Source of the DNA: Streptomyces virus Karimac
Taxonomy: Duplodnaviria; Heunggongvirae; Uroviricota; Caudoviricetes
IMG/VR virus record: IMGVR_UViG_2974575442_000001
Reading direction: 5' to 3' (one strand)
Length of the DNA: 58,074 bases
Shown here one piece after another: positions 15,501 to 22,694 of this stretch. Position numbers and translations under genes: made by a program. Every line of letters starts with the position of its first letter. The stretch's first letter is position 1. A model generated the notes under the pieces. That model saw only the letters and a program-made list of their open reading frames with translations, had not been told where the DNA came from and searched no databases.

Positions 15501-15902
15501 TTATCGTGATGACTCTGTAAACATCCAGAGCCACTTATCGACGCCGCGCTTAGTTTCAATGAGTACATCTTGCGTAGCGAGATCGTCGGTAATATTAAAG
15601 ATAGCACCTGAGAGAACCATTGTCAAGTTCTCAAGAGAAGACTTGATTCCGTTTACTGCCTGTGCGTATGAGACTGATTCGCCAGAGAATTCATAAGCGA
15701 CCTTTGGTGCAAGATACATTTCTCTTGCACGTGCTCTTTCGGCAATTGTATCGGCATACTCGGTGATATCATCATTAAGTTCATCTAGCTTCTCATGAAG
15801 ATAGAAAAACTCCTTACCTCGGAGATTCCAGTGGTTCTCCTTGACTGCCAAGGAGAGGATTAGCAACCACTCTAGAATCTCTTCTAGCTTGTGTTCTAGC
15901 AC
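15501..15902 (-). CDS. dps: Dps / mini-ferritin family protein
   Basis: HWNLRGKEFFYLHEKLDE...DTIAERAR is the Dps signature. It also has DLATQDVL...DKWLWMF. GGAGGT SD with GTG start. Confidence 0.9.
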   Translation of the reverse strand: MLEHKLEEILEWLLILSLAVKENHWNLRGKEFFYLHEKLDELNDDITEYADTIAERARAREMYLAPKVAYEFSGESVSYAQAVNGIKSSLENLTMVLSGAIFNITDDLATQDVLIETKRGVDKWLWMFTESSR

Positions 15903-16113
15903 GCTCCACCTCCTTGATCGCAGATTTGATTTGATGATGCATCTCTAATCCTGGTTTGATATATTTATCATCGATCGGACACCAGAGATATAGGTCGGAA
16001 GATGCATCAAGTTTGGTGCGGAGTATTAAGTTGTTATGACAATCTGGACACTCCAGCGCCGGGGCAATATTGTCCCGGACGAGCTGATTGTATTTATGGA
16101 AATCTGACCACAT
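15814..16113 (-). CDS. Hypothetical Zn-ribbon-like protein
   Basis: CPDC...WCPID; the 3' end overlaps dps by 89 nt. Confidence 0.65.
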   Translation of the reverse strand: MWSDFHKYNQLVRDNIAPALECPDCHNNLILRTKLDASSDLYLWCPIDDKYIKPGLEMHHQIKSAIKEVERARTQARRDSRVVANPLLGSQGEPLESPR

Positions 16114-16125
16114 GAATCTAGTCTA

Positions 16126-16332
16126 TCACGCATTCCTCAAATTGTAGAGAGTCGTGTGCAGGGCCTCTGTTGCATCATCTATTACACTGCGTAGATTCTG
16201 GGTTTCTTGCTGCCATGCCTGATCTGATTCGATTGCCTCACGCTTGAGGTCTTCGATAGCTTGATCAGCTTCATGTGCTTGCCATCCGCAAGAAATCATA
16301 CACTCACGGATAATCTGTTCGCATCGAGTCAT
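16126..16332 (-). CDS. Hypothetical protein (68 aa)
   Basis: Start moved to ATG 16332 (ATGA coupling). Confidence 0.7.
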   Translation of the reverse strand: MTRCEQIIRECMISCGWQAHEADQAIEDLKREAIESDQAWQQETQNLRSVIDDATEALHTTLYNLRNA

Positions 16333-16490
16333 AACGGCTTCCCGTAGTGAAGTATGAATAGAAATGAGATCATGCTCATCATTAAAGCAAGAAGACCTGT
16401 CAAGGGATTCATCCATACAATAAAGATGATCAATGACAGGATAGTCAAGATAAAGAATGAGAGCACAAATATCCGCTCTCTAGTGGTCAT
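16329..16490 (-). CDS. Small two-TM membrane protein (53 aa)
   Basis: Translated by hand (MTTRERIFVLSFFILTILSLIIFIVWMNPLTGLLALMM...); ATGA coupled on both sides. Confidence 0.7.
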   Translation of the reverse strand: MTTRERIFVLSFFILTILSLIIFIVWMNPLTGLLALMMSMISFLFILHYGKPL

Positions 16491-16612
16491 TTGAGGTACT
16501 TAGCTGCCTCTCTGTGCTCCGGGCACATTTTGACCTTACGGCCATAGTATGTAACTTCCTTAAGATTGCCAGACTTTTGGCAAAGCTTCATGAAACATCT
16601 TTCAGTAGCCAT
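16487..16612 (-). CDS. Small Cys/His protein (41 aa)
   Basis: Translated by hand (MATERCFMKLCQKSG...KMCPEHREAAKYLK); the ATG follows the tRNA 3' end after only 2 nt. Confidence 0.6.
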   Translation of the reverse strand: MATERCFMKLCQKSGNLKEVTYYGRKVKMCPEHREAAKYLK

Positions 16613-16614
16613 AG

Positions 16615-16687
16615 ATCCCCGTGCCGGAATCGAACCGGCATTTCTTCTTTACGAGAGAAGTGTGTTTGCCATTGCCACTAACGGGGA
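16615..16687 (-). tRNA. tRNA-Thr(CGT)
   Basis: Acceptor stem TCCCCGT/ACGGGGA, D arm GTGG/ACAC, anticodon arm CTTCT-CTCGTAA-AGAAG, T arm GCCGG-TTCGATT-CCGGC. CCA is not encoded (CTA follows). Confidence 0.9.
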
Positions 16688-16698
16688 AGGCGGTGAAA

Positions 16699-17172
16699 TC
16701 AGAGCTTCCACCAGGCTCGTCTACGACGACGACGGACTTTTCTTTGCGGTACTACTGACAGTATACACAGCACTGCGGCTATCGTCAACACGGTTGGTTC
16801 CGCATTGAAATAGAATAGTGCTGCTGTTCCTGCAAAGAGAGTCAGCCTGAGCTTCCATAGCGGAGTAACAACGCCTGGCTTTCGTGGAGCTGGCTTTGTG
16901 CTACCCGCAAATCTTGCACCTTTACTTTGGTTGCAGCGAAGGTGTGCAAGAGCCACATTTCCCCAAACATGTCCCGGTGAATCCTTCCTCCAACTAAGAG
17001 GAACGATGTGATCAAGAGAGGCAGAGCGTGGATGTGGGTACTTTAGTGATTTGCGAACGCGCTTACCACAAAGATGACACTTCCAGCCTGACTGCTGATA
17101 AACGGCCGGGCGAGTAATGGTTGGATCATATGGAACGCCGTACTCCCTACAACGATCCTCATCTGTTTTCAT
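16699..17172 (-). CDS. HNH endonuclease with a C-terminal membrane anchor
   Basis: WKCHLC...SLDHIVPLS...GHVWGNVALAHLRCNQSKG, then two hydrophobic segments and an Arg-rich tail. Leaderless (TATGAT-N6-ATG). Confidence 0.85.
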   Translation of the reverse strand: MKTDEDRCREYGVPYDPTITRPAVYQQSGWKCHLCGKRVRKSLKYPHPRSASLDHIVPLSWRKDSPGHVWGNVALAHLRCNQSKGARFAGSTKPAPRKPGVVTPLWKLRLTLFAGTAALFYFNAEPTVLTIAAVLCILSVVPQRKVRRRRRRAWWKL

Positions 17173-17212
17173 ATGAGCATCATAACATCATAGGAAGATT
17201 TTCACAAAGGGC

Positions 17213-17758
17213 TCAGTACCAGCCCTTCTTCTTGAAATGACTCCAAGCGGTGCAAGGAGTGCCGTAGCGCTTGTAAATGTAGTGATCTAGTCCCCAGCGA
17301 ACCTGAGTACGAGGATTAGTTTTCCAGTCCTTACCCGCCGCTCGCATCTTTGAAGCAGGCAGTGACTGAGGAATTCCGTACGCACCAGAATAAGGATTCT
17401 TGGCCTTGTAGTTCCAAGAAGACTCGTGCTTCCAAAGAGGATTCAGACAGTTGTACTGCTTCTTCCAGGACTTAGGAAACTTCTTCTTGAGCTTAGACTT
17501 GGCGTAATCCTTTGTACTGCTGATGGACTTTGAATATGCCACCGGCTCTATCTTAATCGTAGACAAGGACGGTGACGGAGAAGTGCTGTTGACCACCGCG
17601 CTTGGTGTAGCCTCTGGTGAGACTGACTGGGTAACCTTCGGCTTTTCAGCCTCAAGCGGACTGACACCCATGTCTGATGCTGCCTGTGCAGTAACTGCGA
17701 CAACAACACCTAGACATAGAGCCATAGCCGCTATGTTGCCCCTCATATCTTGACCCAT
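17213..17758 (-). CDS. Secreted lytic transglycosylase (SLT-like)
   Basis: N-terminal signal-like helix, Ser/Thr/Pro linker, CLNPLWKHESSWNYKAKNPYSGAYGIPQSLP...RYGTPCTAW. Start ATG 17758 (GGAGG SD). Promoter TTGACA-N17-TAGAGT at 17837-17809. Confidence 0.88.
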   Translation of the reverse strand: MGQDMRGNIAAMALCLGVVVAVTAQAASDMGVSPLEAEKPKVTQSVSPEATPSAVVNSTSPSPSLSTIKIEPVAYSKSISSTKDYAKSKLKKKFPKSWKKQYNCLNPLWKHESSWNYKAKNPYSGAYGIPQSLPASKMRAAGKDWKTNPRTQVRWGLDHYIYKRYGTPCTAWSHFKKKGWY

Positions 17759-17856
17759 TAGTAACCTCCAAGTTATGGGCGGCAGTTGCCGCCCGGTCAT
17801 GTTGTATGACTCTACTAGAGTTACAGTTTGGTGTCAAGCTTGTAACCGTTCTGTGA

Positions 17857-18021
17857 TCAGTCAAGCACAGAAACGTACTTGACAATACGAACGTTCTTTG
17901 CTCCGTCTTCCTCAAGGATGGACTTCTCTACACGAGCCTGACGAATTGGATACAGAGCGTCAGTTTCGTAGGTCTGCCCATCGAGTTCGTACTTGAGGTA
18001 GTAACGATCTACGTTTCGCAT
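17857..18021 (-). CDS. Hypothetical protein (54 aa)
   Basis: Translated by hand (MRNVDRYYLKYELDGQTYETDALY...); TAATG coupling. Confidence 0.7.
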   Translation of the reverse strand: MRNVDRYYLKYELDGQTYETDALYPIRQARVEKSILEEDGAKNVRIVKYVSVLD

Positions 18022-18173
18022 TACTTTTCCTTTCGATGATTGACGTTGAAGTCTGTGATTCCGACCTTCTTCAAGTGAACAGAGAGTTCATCTAGCTCTT
18101 TCAGAGATCGAATAGTCTTCTCTTGGTATTTACCCTTGTTATCTGTATAAGTAACTATCCAGATATCTTTCAT
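18021..18173 (-). CDS. Hypothetical protein (50 aa)
   Basis: Translated by hand (MKDIWIVTYTDNKGKYQEKTIRS...); AAGGGA SD. Confidence 0.7.
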   Translation of the reverse strand: MKDIWIVTYTDNKGKYQEKTIRSLKELDELSVHLKKVGITDFNVNHRKEK

Positions 18174-18182
18174 ACTATTCCC

Positions 18183-18288
18183 TTGAGTTAGTAATCTTAG
18201 GTATTCTACGAGTTACGCAGTAACTCGTCTCAATCTCGTTAGAGATTGAGTTAGTAATTTATATAGTCCCGTTTATGTAATAAACGGG
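18183..18288. repeat. Three perfect 9-bp inverted repeats and a 13-bp direct repeat
   Basis: ACGAGTTAC-GCA-GTAACTCGT 18208-18228, CTCAATCTC-GTTA-GAGATTGAG 18229-18250, CCCGTTTAT-GTA-ATAAACGGG 18268-18288. TTGAGTTAGTAAT at 18183 and 18246. Confidence 0.9.
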
Positions 18289-18384
18289 TCTTACTACCCT
18301 ATCAAGTCGAAATCGATAGCAGCAGCCTGCGACGGAAGGTAAGACCCTTGGAGAACCCTTCGGCCGATGTGCCAGGACTTTCGG

Positions 18385-18471
18385 GCAAAAGAAAATGCCC
18401 TAGGAGTTCTCCACCTCTCCTAGGGCATTAACAATAATGACCACGATGTTAGGTGGAGTAACATCCTGAAT
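18385..18471 (-). ncRNA. Candidate ~85-nt small RNA or attenuator
   Basis: Promoter TTGACA-N17-TAGCCT (18506-18478). It is followed by a 13-bp hairpin (18394-18429) and UUUUCUUUU on the - strand. Confidence 0.4.
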
Positions 18472-18477
18472 AGTTTC

Positions 18478-18549
18478 AGGCTATCACAGCCACAATCGTG
18501 TGTCAAGCTAGCGCTGATGTTGAGCAATAGCCCAACCAACTGATATAAT
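18478..18549. promoter_or_regulatory. Back-to-back divergent promoters
   Basis: Leftward TTGACA(18506-18501)-N17-TAGCCT; rightward TTGAGC(18520)-N18-TATAAT(18544). Confidence 0.7.
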
Positions 18550-18592
18550 CGTAACACAGCTCAAAGAGCATGTCAACGACGAAAGGACAACA

Positions 18593-19561
18593 GTGGACAT
18601 CAGTTTCTCCACTATCCCTGGCAATCTTAACACAACTATCGGTTATGGAGTTGCCGGATTCAACATGGTTAGAAGTCTGCAAAAGCTAGGACACAGAGTT
18701 CCCTTCGCAGACAAGAATTGCAAGATCGAGATCTTCTTCTCACAGCCAGATTACTGGGAGTGGTCTAACCAACTTGGCTATCATATCGGATACACACCGT
18801 GGGAGTCAACACAACTTCCACCGGGCTGGCTTGAGCAGATGAATCTAGCAGATGAGATTTGGACCACATCAGATTTGATTGGACGTTGGTATTCAGCAGC
18901 AGGCGTGAAGAATGTAAAAGTTTATCCACATGGCATTGACCCACAGTGGCAGCCAAAGAAGCGCAACGTCTATACAAAGATGAAGTTTCTTCACATGGGA
19001 GAGCCAGCGCCTCGTAAGGGTGGACAGATGGCACTAGATGCATTTCGCGCGGCGTTCGGGGATCAAGATGACGTAGAGCTAACTATCAAGGCTCACAGAA
19101 TCAATAGCGTTCGAAGAATGGTAAACGGCAGAATCGCAGGATCTCCAGACGAGTACAACAACGTCAAGCTCATCACCAAGGAGCTTCCAGAAGACCTGCT
19201 TGTAGGCTTTGTGCAGCAGCACCACGTAATGGTTTATCCAAGTTGGGGAGAAGGCTTCGGTCTTATTCCATTTCAGGCTATCGCCACAGGAATGCCAACT
19301 ATCTGCACCGCAAAGTGGGCTCAGTACAAGGATTATCTTGGACCCCTTGGTCTTTCTTCTAAGCTTGTTCAGTCACCGTGGCCCGGTGTTCATCCAGGAA
19401 AGATGCTTGAGCCAAGCTTCGATGAACTTGTAGAACTGTATAGATATGCCTACGAGAATTTCGCAGCTCTAAGTGACAGATTCTACGCTCAGGCACCACT
19501 TCTTCACGAAGAGTACAACTGGGAAAGGCTTACTAAGCAAGCGTTCAGTCACTTGATTTAA
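18593..19561 (+). CDS. Glycosyltransferase (GT-B fold, GT4-like)
   Basis: PRKGGQMALDAF...VMVYPSWGEGFGLIPFQAIATGMPTI carries the GT4 ExFG-x3-(E/Q)A motif. Confidence 0.9.
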   Translation: MDISFSTIPGNLNTTIGYGVAGFNMVRSLQKLGHRVPFADKNCKIEIFFSQPDYWEWSNQLGYHIGYTPWESTQLPPGWLEQMNLADEIWTTSDLIGRWYSAAGVKNVKVYPHGIDPQWQPKKRNVYTKMKFLHMGEPAPRKGGQMALDAFRAAFGDQDDVELTIKAHRINSVRRMVNGRIAGSPDEYNNVKLITKELPEDLLVGFVQQHHVMVYPSWGEGFGLIPFQAIATGMPTICTAKWAQYKDYLGPLGLSSKLVQSPWPGVHPGKMLEPSFDELVELYRYAYENFAALSDRFYAQAPLLHEEYNWERLTKQAFSHLI

Positions 19562-19638
19562 GCCGCCGAATCAGGTAGTATAGTATAACTACGCGATGGA
19601 TTAGCCGTACGACGACTACGGCTGGAAAGGTATTTTCT

Positions 19639-21579
19639 TTGTATGACATTAAGGGTTTTCTTGAAGACCCATATCAGAACTTTATTCATACCAGTAGGTA
19701 TGCGCGGTGGCTAGAGGATAAGGGCCGCCGCGAGACTTTTGTAGAGACAACTGAGCGCTATCTCTCCTACATGGTAAATAGCCTCAAGAAGAACCACAAT
19801 TACGATGTGCCACAGGACCACCTTGATCTAGTACGAGAGCAGATGCTAAATCAGGGTGTTGTTTCTTCTATGCGTGCCCTCATGACTGCCGGGCCTGCAC
19901 TAGATCGAGACAACGTTGCTGCATACAACTGTTCTTATGTTCCTATTGATGATGTTCGAGCCTTTGACGAGACTCTGTACATCCTCATGAATGGAACCGG
20001 TGTAGGATTCTCTGTCGAAGAGAAGTATGTACGTAAGCTTCCTGTGATTGCAGAAGAATTCGAAGCAACAGAATCAGTAATCAAGGTCGCTGACTCAAAG
20101 GAAGGTTGGGCTCGTGCGTATCGTGAGCTTCTAAGCCTTCTATGGGGAGGACGCGTTCCTCGTTGGGACACCTCAAAGGTTCGCCCGGCAGGAGCAAGGC
20201 TAAAGACTTTCGGCGGACGTGCAAGCGGTCCTGGTCCACTAGAGCAGCTATTCCAGTTCACTATTGACGTGTTCACAAAGGCTGCGGGTCGTCAGCTCAC
20301 CTCTCTTGAGGCTCATGACCTTGTTTGTAAGATTGCAGAAGTAGTTGTTGTTGGTGGTGTTCGCAGAAGCGCTCTGATTTCACTTAGCGATCTAAGCGAC
20401 CTGAGAATGGCTACGGCAAAAGCAGGAAACTGGTGGGAGAACAACCCTCAGCGTGCTTTGGCCAATAACTCAGTAGCCTACACAAGCAAGCCTGATATGA
20501 CAGCGTTCATGTCTGAATGGAAGAACCTCTACGACTCCAAGTCTGGAGAGCGTGGAATCTTCAATAGGCAGGCTGCAAAGAGTCAGGTGGCTAAGAATCA
20601 AAGGCGAGAGACTGATTTCGACTTCGGAACTAATCCGTGTAGCGAGATTATCCTTCGACCTAATCAGTTCTGCAATCTGACAGAAGTGATCATTCGTCCA
20701 GATGACACTGTTGAAACTCTGATGCTCAAGGTCAAGGCCGCAACGATCATCGGAACATGGCAGTCAACTCTAACGAACTTCAAGTATCTCCGTAAGATCT
20801 GGAAGAAGAACACCGAAGAAGAAAGACTACTAGGTGTTTCTCTAACTGGTCAGTTCGGAAACAGACTCATGAGTGGCCAGGAAGGAATCAAGGAGCTAAA
20901 GGATACTCTTGAGGCTCTAAGATACAAGGCTATTGCAACTAATGCTGAGGTTGCCGAGGCGATCGGAATTCCTCAGTCTGCCGCGATCACTTGTGTCAAG
21001 CCTTCTGGAACGGTTTCTCAGAGGGCTGGCGTTCCTTCCGGAATGCACACAGAGCATGATGAGTTTTACATCAGGACTGTACGAGGCGATAACAAGGACG
21101 CTCTTACACAGTTCCTCAAGGACTCAGGAATTCCAAACGAGCCTGACGTGATGAAGCCTAATGACACAACAGTCTTTAGCTTCCCAAAGAAGGCTGCGCC
21201 AGGAGCACTTACCAGAAATGACCTCACAGCGATTGAACACCTTGAAATCTGGCTCGCTTATCAGCGCTCATGGTGTGAGCATAAGCCAAGCATTACAGTT
21301 TCTGTTAAGGAACATGAATGGATGGAAGTAGGAGCATGGGTTTACAAGAACTTCGATGAAGTTTCTGGAATCTCATTCCTGCCATTCTCTGAGCACACGT
21401 ACAAGCAGGCACCTTATCAGTCCATTTCTGAGGCTGAATACAAGGAATGGCTTGAGCGCATGCCAGAAAAGATCGAATGGGATCTTCTTCCAACATATGA
21501 GTTTGAGGACAATACGACAGGCTCTCAGGAGCTAGCTTGCTCTGCCGCTGGTGGATGCGAAGTAGTCGATATTAGCTGA
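19639..21579 (+). CDS. nrdJ: Class II (B12-dependent) ribonucleotide reductase
   Basis: YNCSY, GTGVGFS, GTNPCSEI, FCNLTE and TCVKPSGT, with a C-terminal CSAAGGC. No small subunit gene is adjacent. Confidence 0.93.
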   Translation: MYDIKGFLEDPYQNFIHTSRYARWLEDKGRRETFVETTERYLSYMVNSLKKNHNYDVPQDHLDLVREQMLNQGVVSSMRALMTAGPALDRDNVAAYNCSYVPIDDVRAFDETLYILMNGTGVGFSVEEKYVRKLPVIAEEFEATESVIKVADSKEGWARAYRELLSLLWGGRVPRWDTSKVRPAGARLKTFGGRASGPGPLEQLFQFTIDVFTKAAGRQLTSLEAHDLVCKIAEVVVVGGVRRSALISLSDLSDLRMATAKAGNWWENNPQRALANNSVAYTSKPDMTAFMSEWKNLYDSKSGERGIFNRQAAKSQVAKNQRRETDFDFGTNPCSEIILRPNQFCNLTEVIIRPDDTVETLMLKVKAATIIGTWQSTLTNFKYLRKIWKKNTEEERLLGVSLTGQFGNRLMSGQEGIKELKDTLEALRYKAIATNAEVAEAIGIPQSAAITCVKPSGTVSQRAGVPSGMHTEHDEFYIRTVRGDNKDALTQFLKDSGIPNEPDVMKPNDTTVFSFPKKAAPGALTRNDLTAIEHLEIWLAYQRSWCEHKPSITVSVKEHEWMEVGAWVYKNFDEVSGISFLPFSEHTYKQAPYQSISEAEYKEWLERMPEKIEWDLLPTYEFEDNTTGSQELACSAAGGCEVVDIS

Positions 21580-21586
21580 TGTAATT

Positions 21587-21614
21587 GGCCGGTGTCTTAG
21601 GGCACCGGCCTTTT
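21587..21614 (+). terminator. Intrinsic terminator after nrdJ
   Basis: GGCCGGTGTC-TTAG-GGCACCGGCC-TTTT. Confidence 0.85.
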
Positions 21615-21665
21615 GCTTTTTAATCCCAAGAGACATAGACTGTAGGCTGAGGAGGTGAATGATAT

Positions 21666-22547
21666 ATGGCAACACCAATGACCGCAGCACAGGTTGTGGC
21701 TCAGCTTAAGAAGTGGGGAATCAAGTACAAGGAAGTAAAGTCTTGGGAAACCCACAACAGAAATTCAAAGGGTGCCTGGGGTGGAATGAACGGTTTCATC
21801 TGGCATCACACTGGTGCAGACGTGGCATCTGCTAGCGCAGATGAATACGCTGGAAGCACTCTTTACAATGGACTTAGCACTCTCCCTGGCCCTCTTTGCC
21901 ACTTTGGTCTAGCGCCAGATGGCACAGTTTATCTAGTTGGATGGGGACGAGCAAATCACGCTGGTGGTGGAGATCCAACAGTTCTCAACCACGTAATCAA
22001 TGAAGATTACTCAGGACAGCTTAAGCCAACTCGTGGAAATGCAAATGGAGTGGATGGAAACGCTCACTTCTATGGAGTAGAGATTATGTACTCTGGTTCT
22101 CACAAGATGACTGACGCTCAGTACAAGACAGCCCTAAAGCTATCAGCAGCTATTCTTGATTTCCATAAGTGGACTGAGAAGTCTGTAATTGGACACGGAG
22201 AATGGTCTAATGACAAGTGGGACCCAGGTTATGCGTCTGGAAAGATCATGGATATGACAAGAGTTCGTTCCGACGTAGCTGACACCCTAAAGGCTGGTTC
22301 AAATGCAAAGCCTGCTCCAACAACTCCAACTACGCCAACAAAGCCAAGCACAGGAGGTGGAACAGTGGCAACAAAGACCGCTGGATACAAGGAAGTTTGG
22401 GACCTAGACGTGGCAACGCCACCAAAGGGTCGCGAGACAAAGGAGAACCCAACATGGGCTCCAATGTCAATTCTTCGTGGTATCTACGAGAAGCTAGACG
22501 ATGTTCAGAAGCGTCTAGCCGCAATTGAAAAGAAGCTAGGAATCTGA
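21666..22547 (+). CDS. Endolysin, N-acetylmuramoyl-L-alanine amidase (Amidase_2)
   Basis: FIWHHTG, GRANHAG, YGVEI and VIGHGEWSNDKWDPG give the Zn-amidase ligands; Pro/Thr linker. Confidence 0.92.
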   Translation: MATPMTAAQVVAQLKKWGIKYKEVKSWETHNRNSKGAWGGMNGFIWHHTGADVASASADEYAGSTLYNGLSTLPGPLCHFGLAPDGTVYLVGWGRANHAGGGDPTVLNHVINEDYSGQLKPTRGNANGVDGNAHFYGVEIMYSGSHKMTDAQYKTALKLSAAILDFHKWTEKSVIGHGEWSNDKWDPGYASGKIMDMTRVRSDVADTLKAGSNAKPAPTTPTTPTKPSTGGGTVATKTAGYKEVWDLDVATPPKGRETKENPTWAPMSILRGIYEKLDDVQKRLAAIEKKLGI

Positions 22548-22559
22548 TACAATCTAAGT

Positions 22560-22662
22560 GCAGCCTATGGAAATGAGTCCGGGTTGTCTAGGGCGCTGCG
22601 TGCGGCGCTACTTAGGATGGATTATATTACCGCATTGGCCGGGTCTTCGGACTCGGCCTTTT
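22560..22662 (+). ncRNA. Candidate ~100-nt small RNA or attenuator
   Basis: Promoter TTGAAA(22525)-N17-TACAAT(22548); terminator GGCCGGGTC-TTCG-GACTCGGCC-TTTT at 22637-22662; no protein-like ORF. Confidence 0.45.
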
Positions 22663-22694
22663 GCGTTTATGTGAACATGGAATATAATGGTTAC

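Noticed and set aside
16615-16687. tRNA as an attachment site or prophage boundary
   Set aside because: No duplicated tRNA 3' end, no integrase, and phage genes on both sides.
22564-22676. Short ORF (MEMSPGCLGRCVRR...) or the 22584 TTG extension of the LamG gene
   Set aside because: No SD, the ORF runs through a terminator, and a promoter with a leaderless ATG at 22695 explains the gene better.
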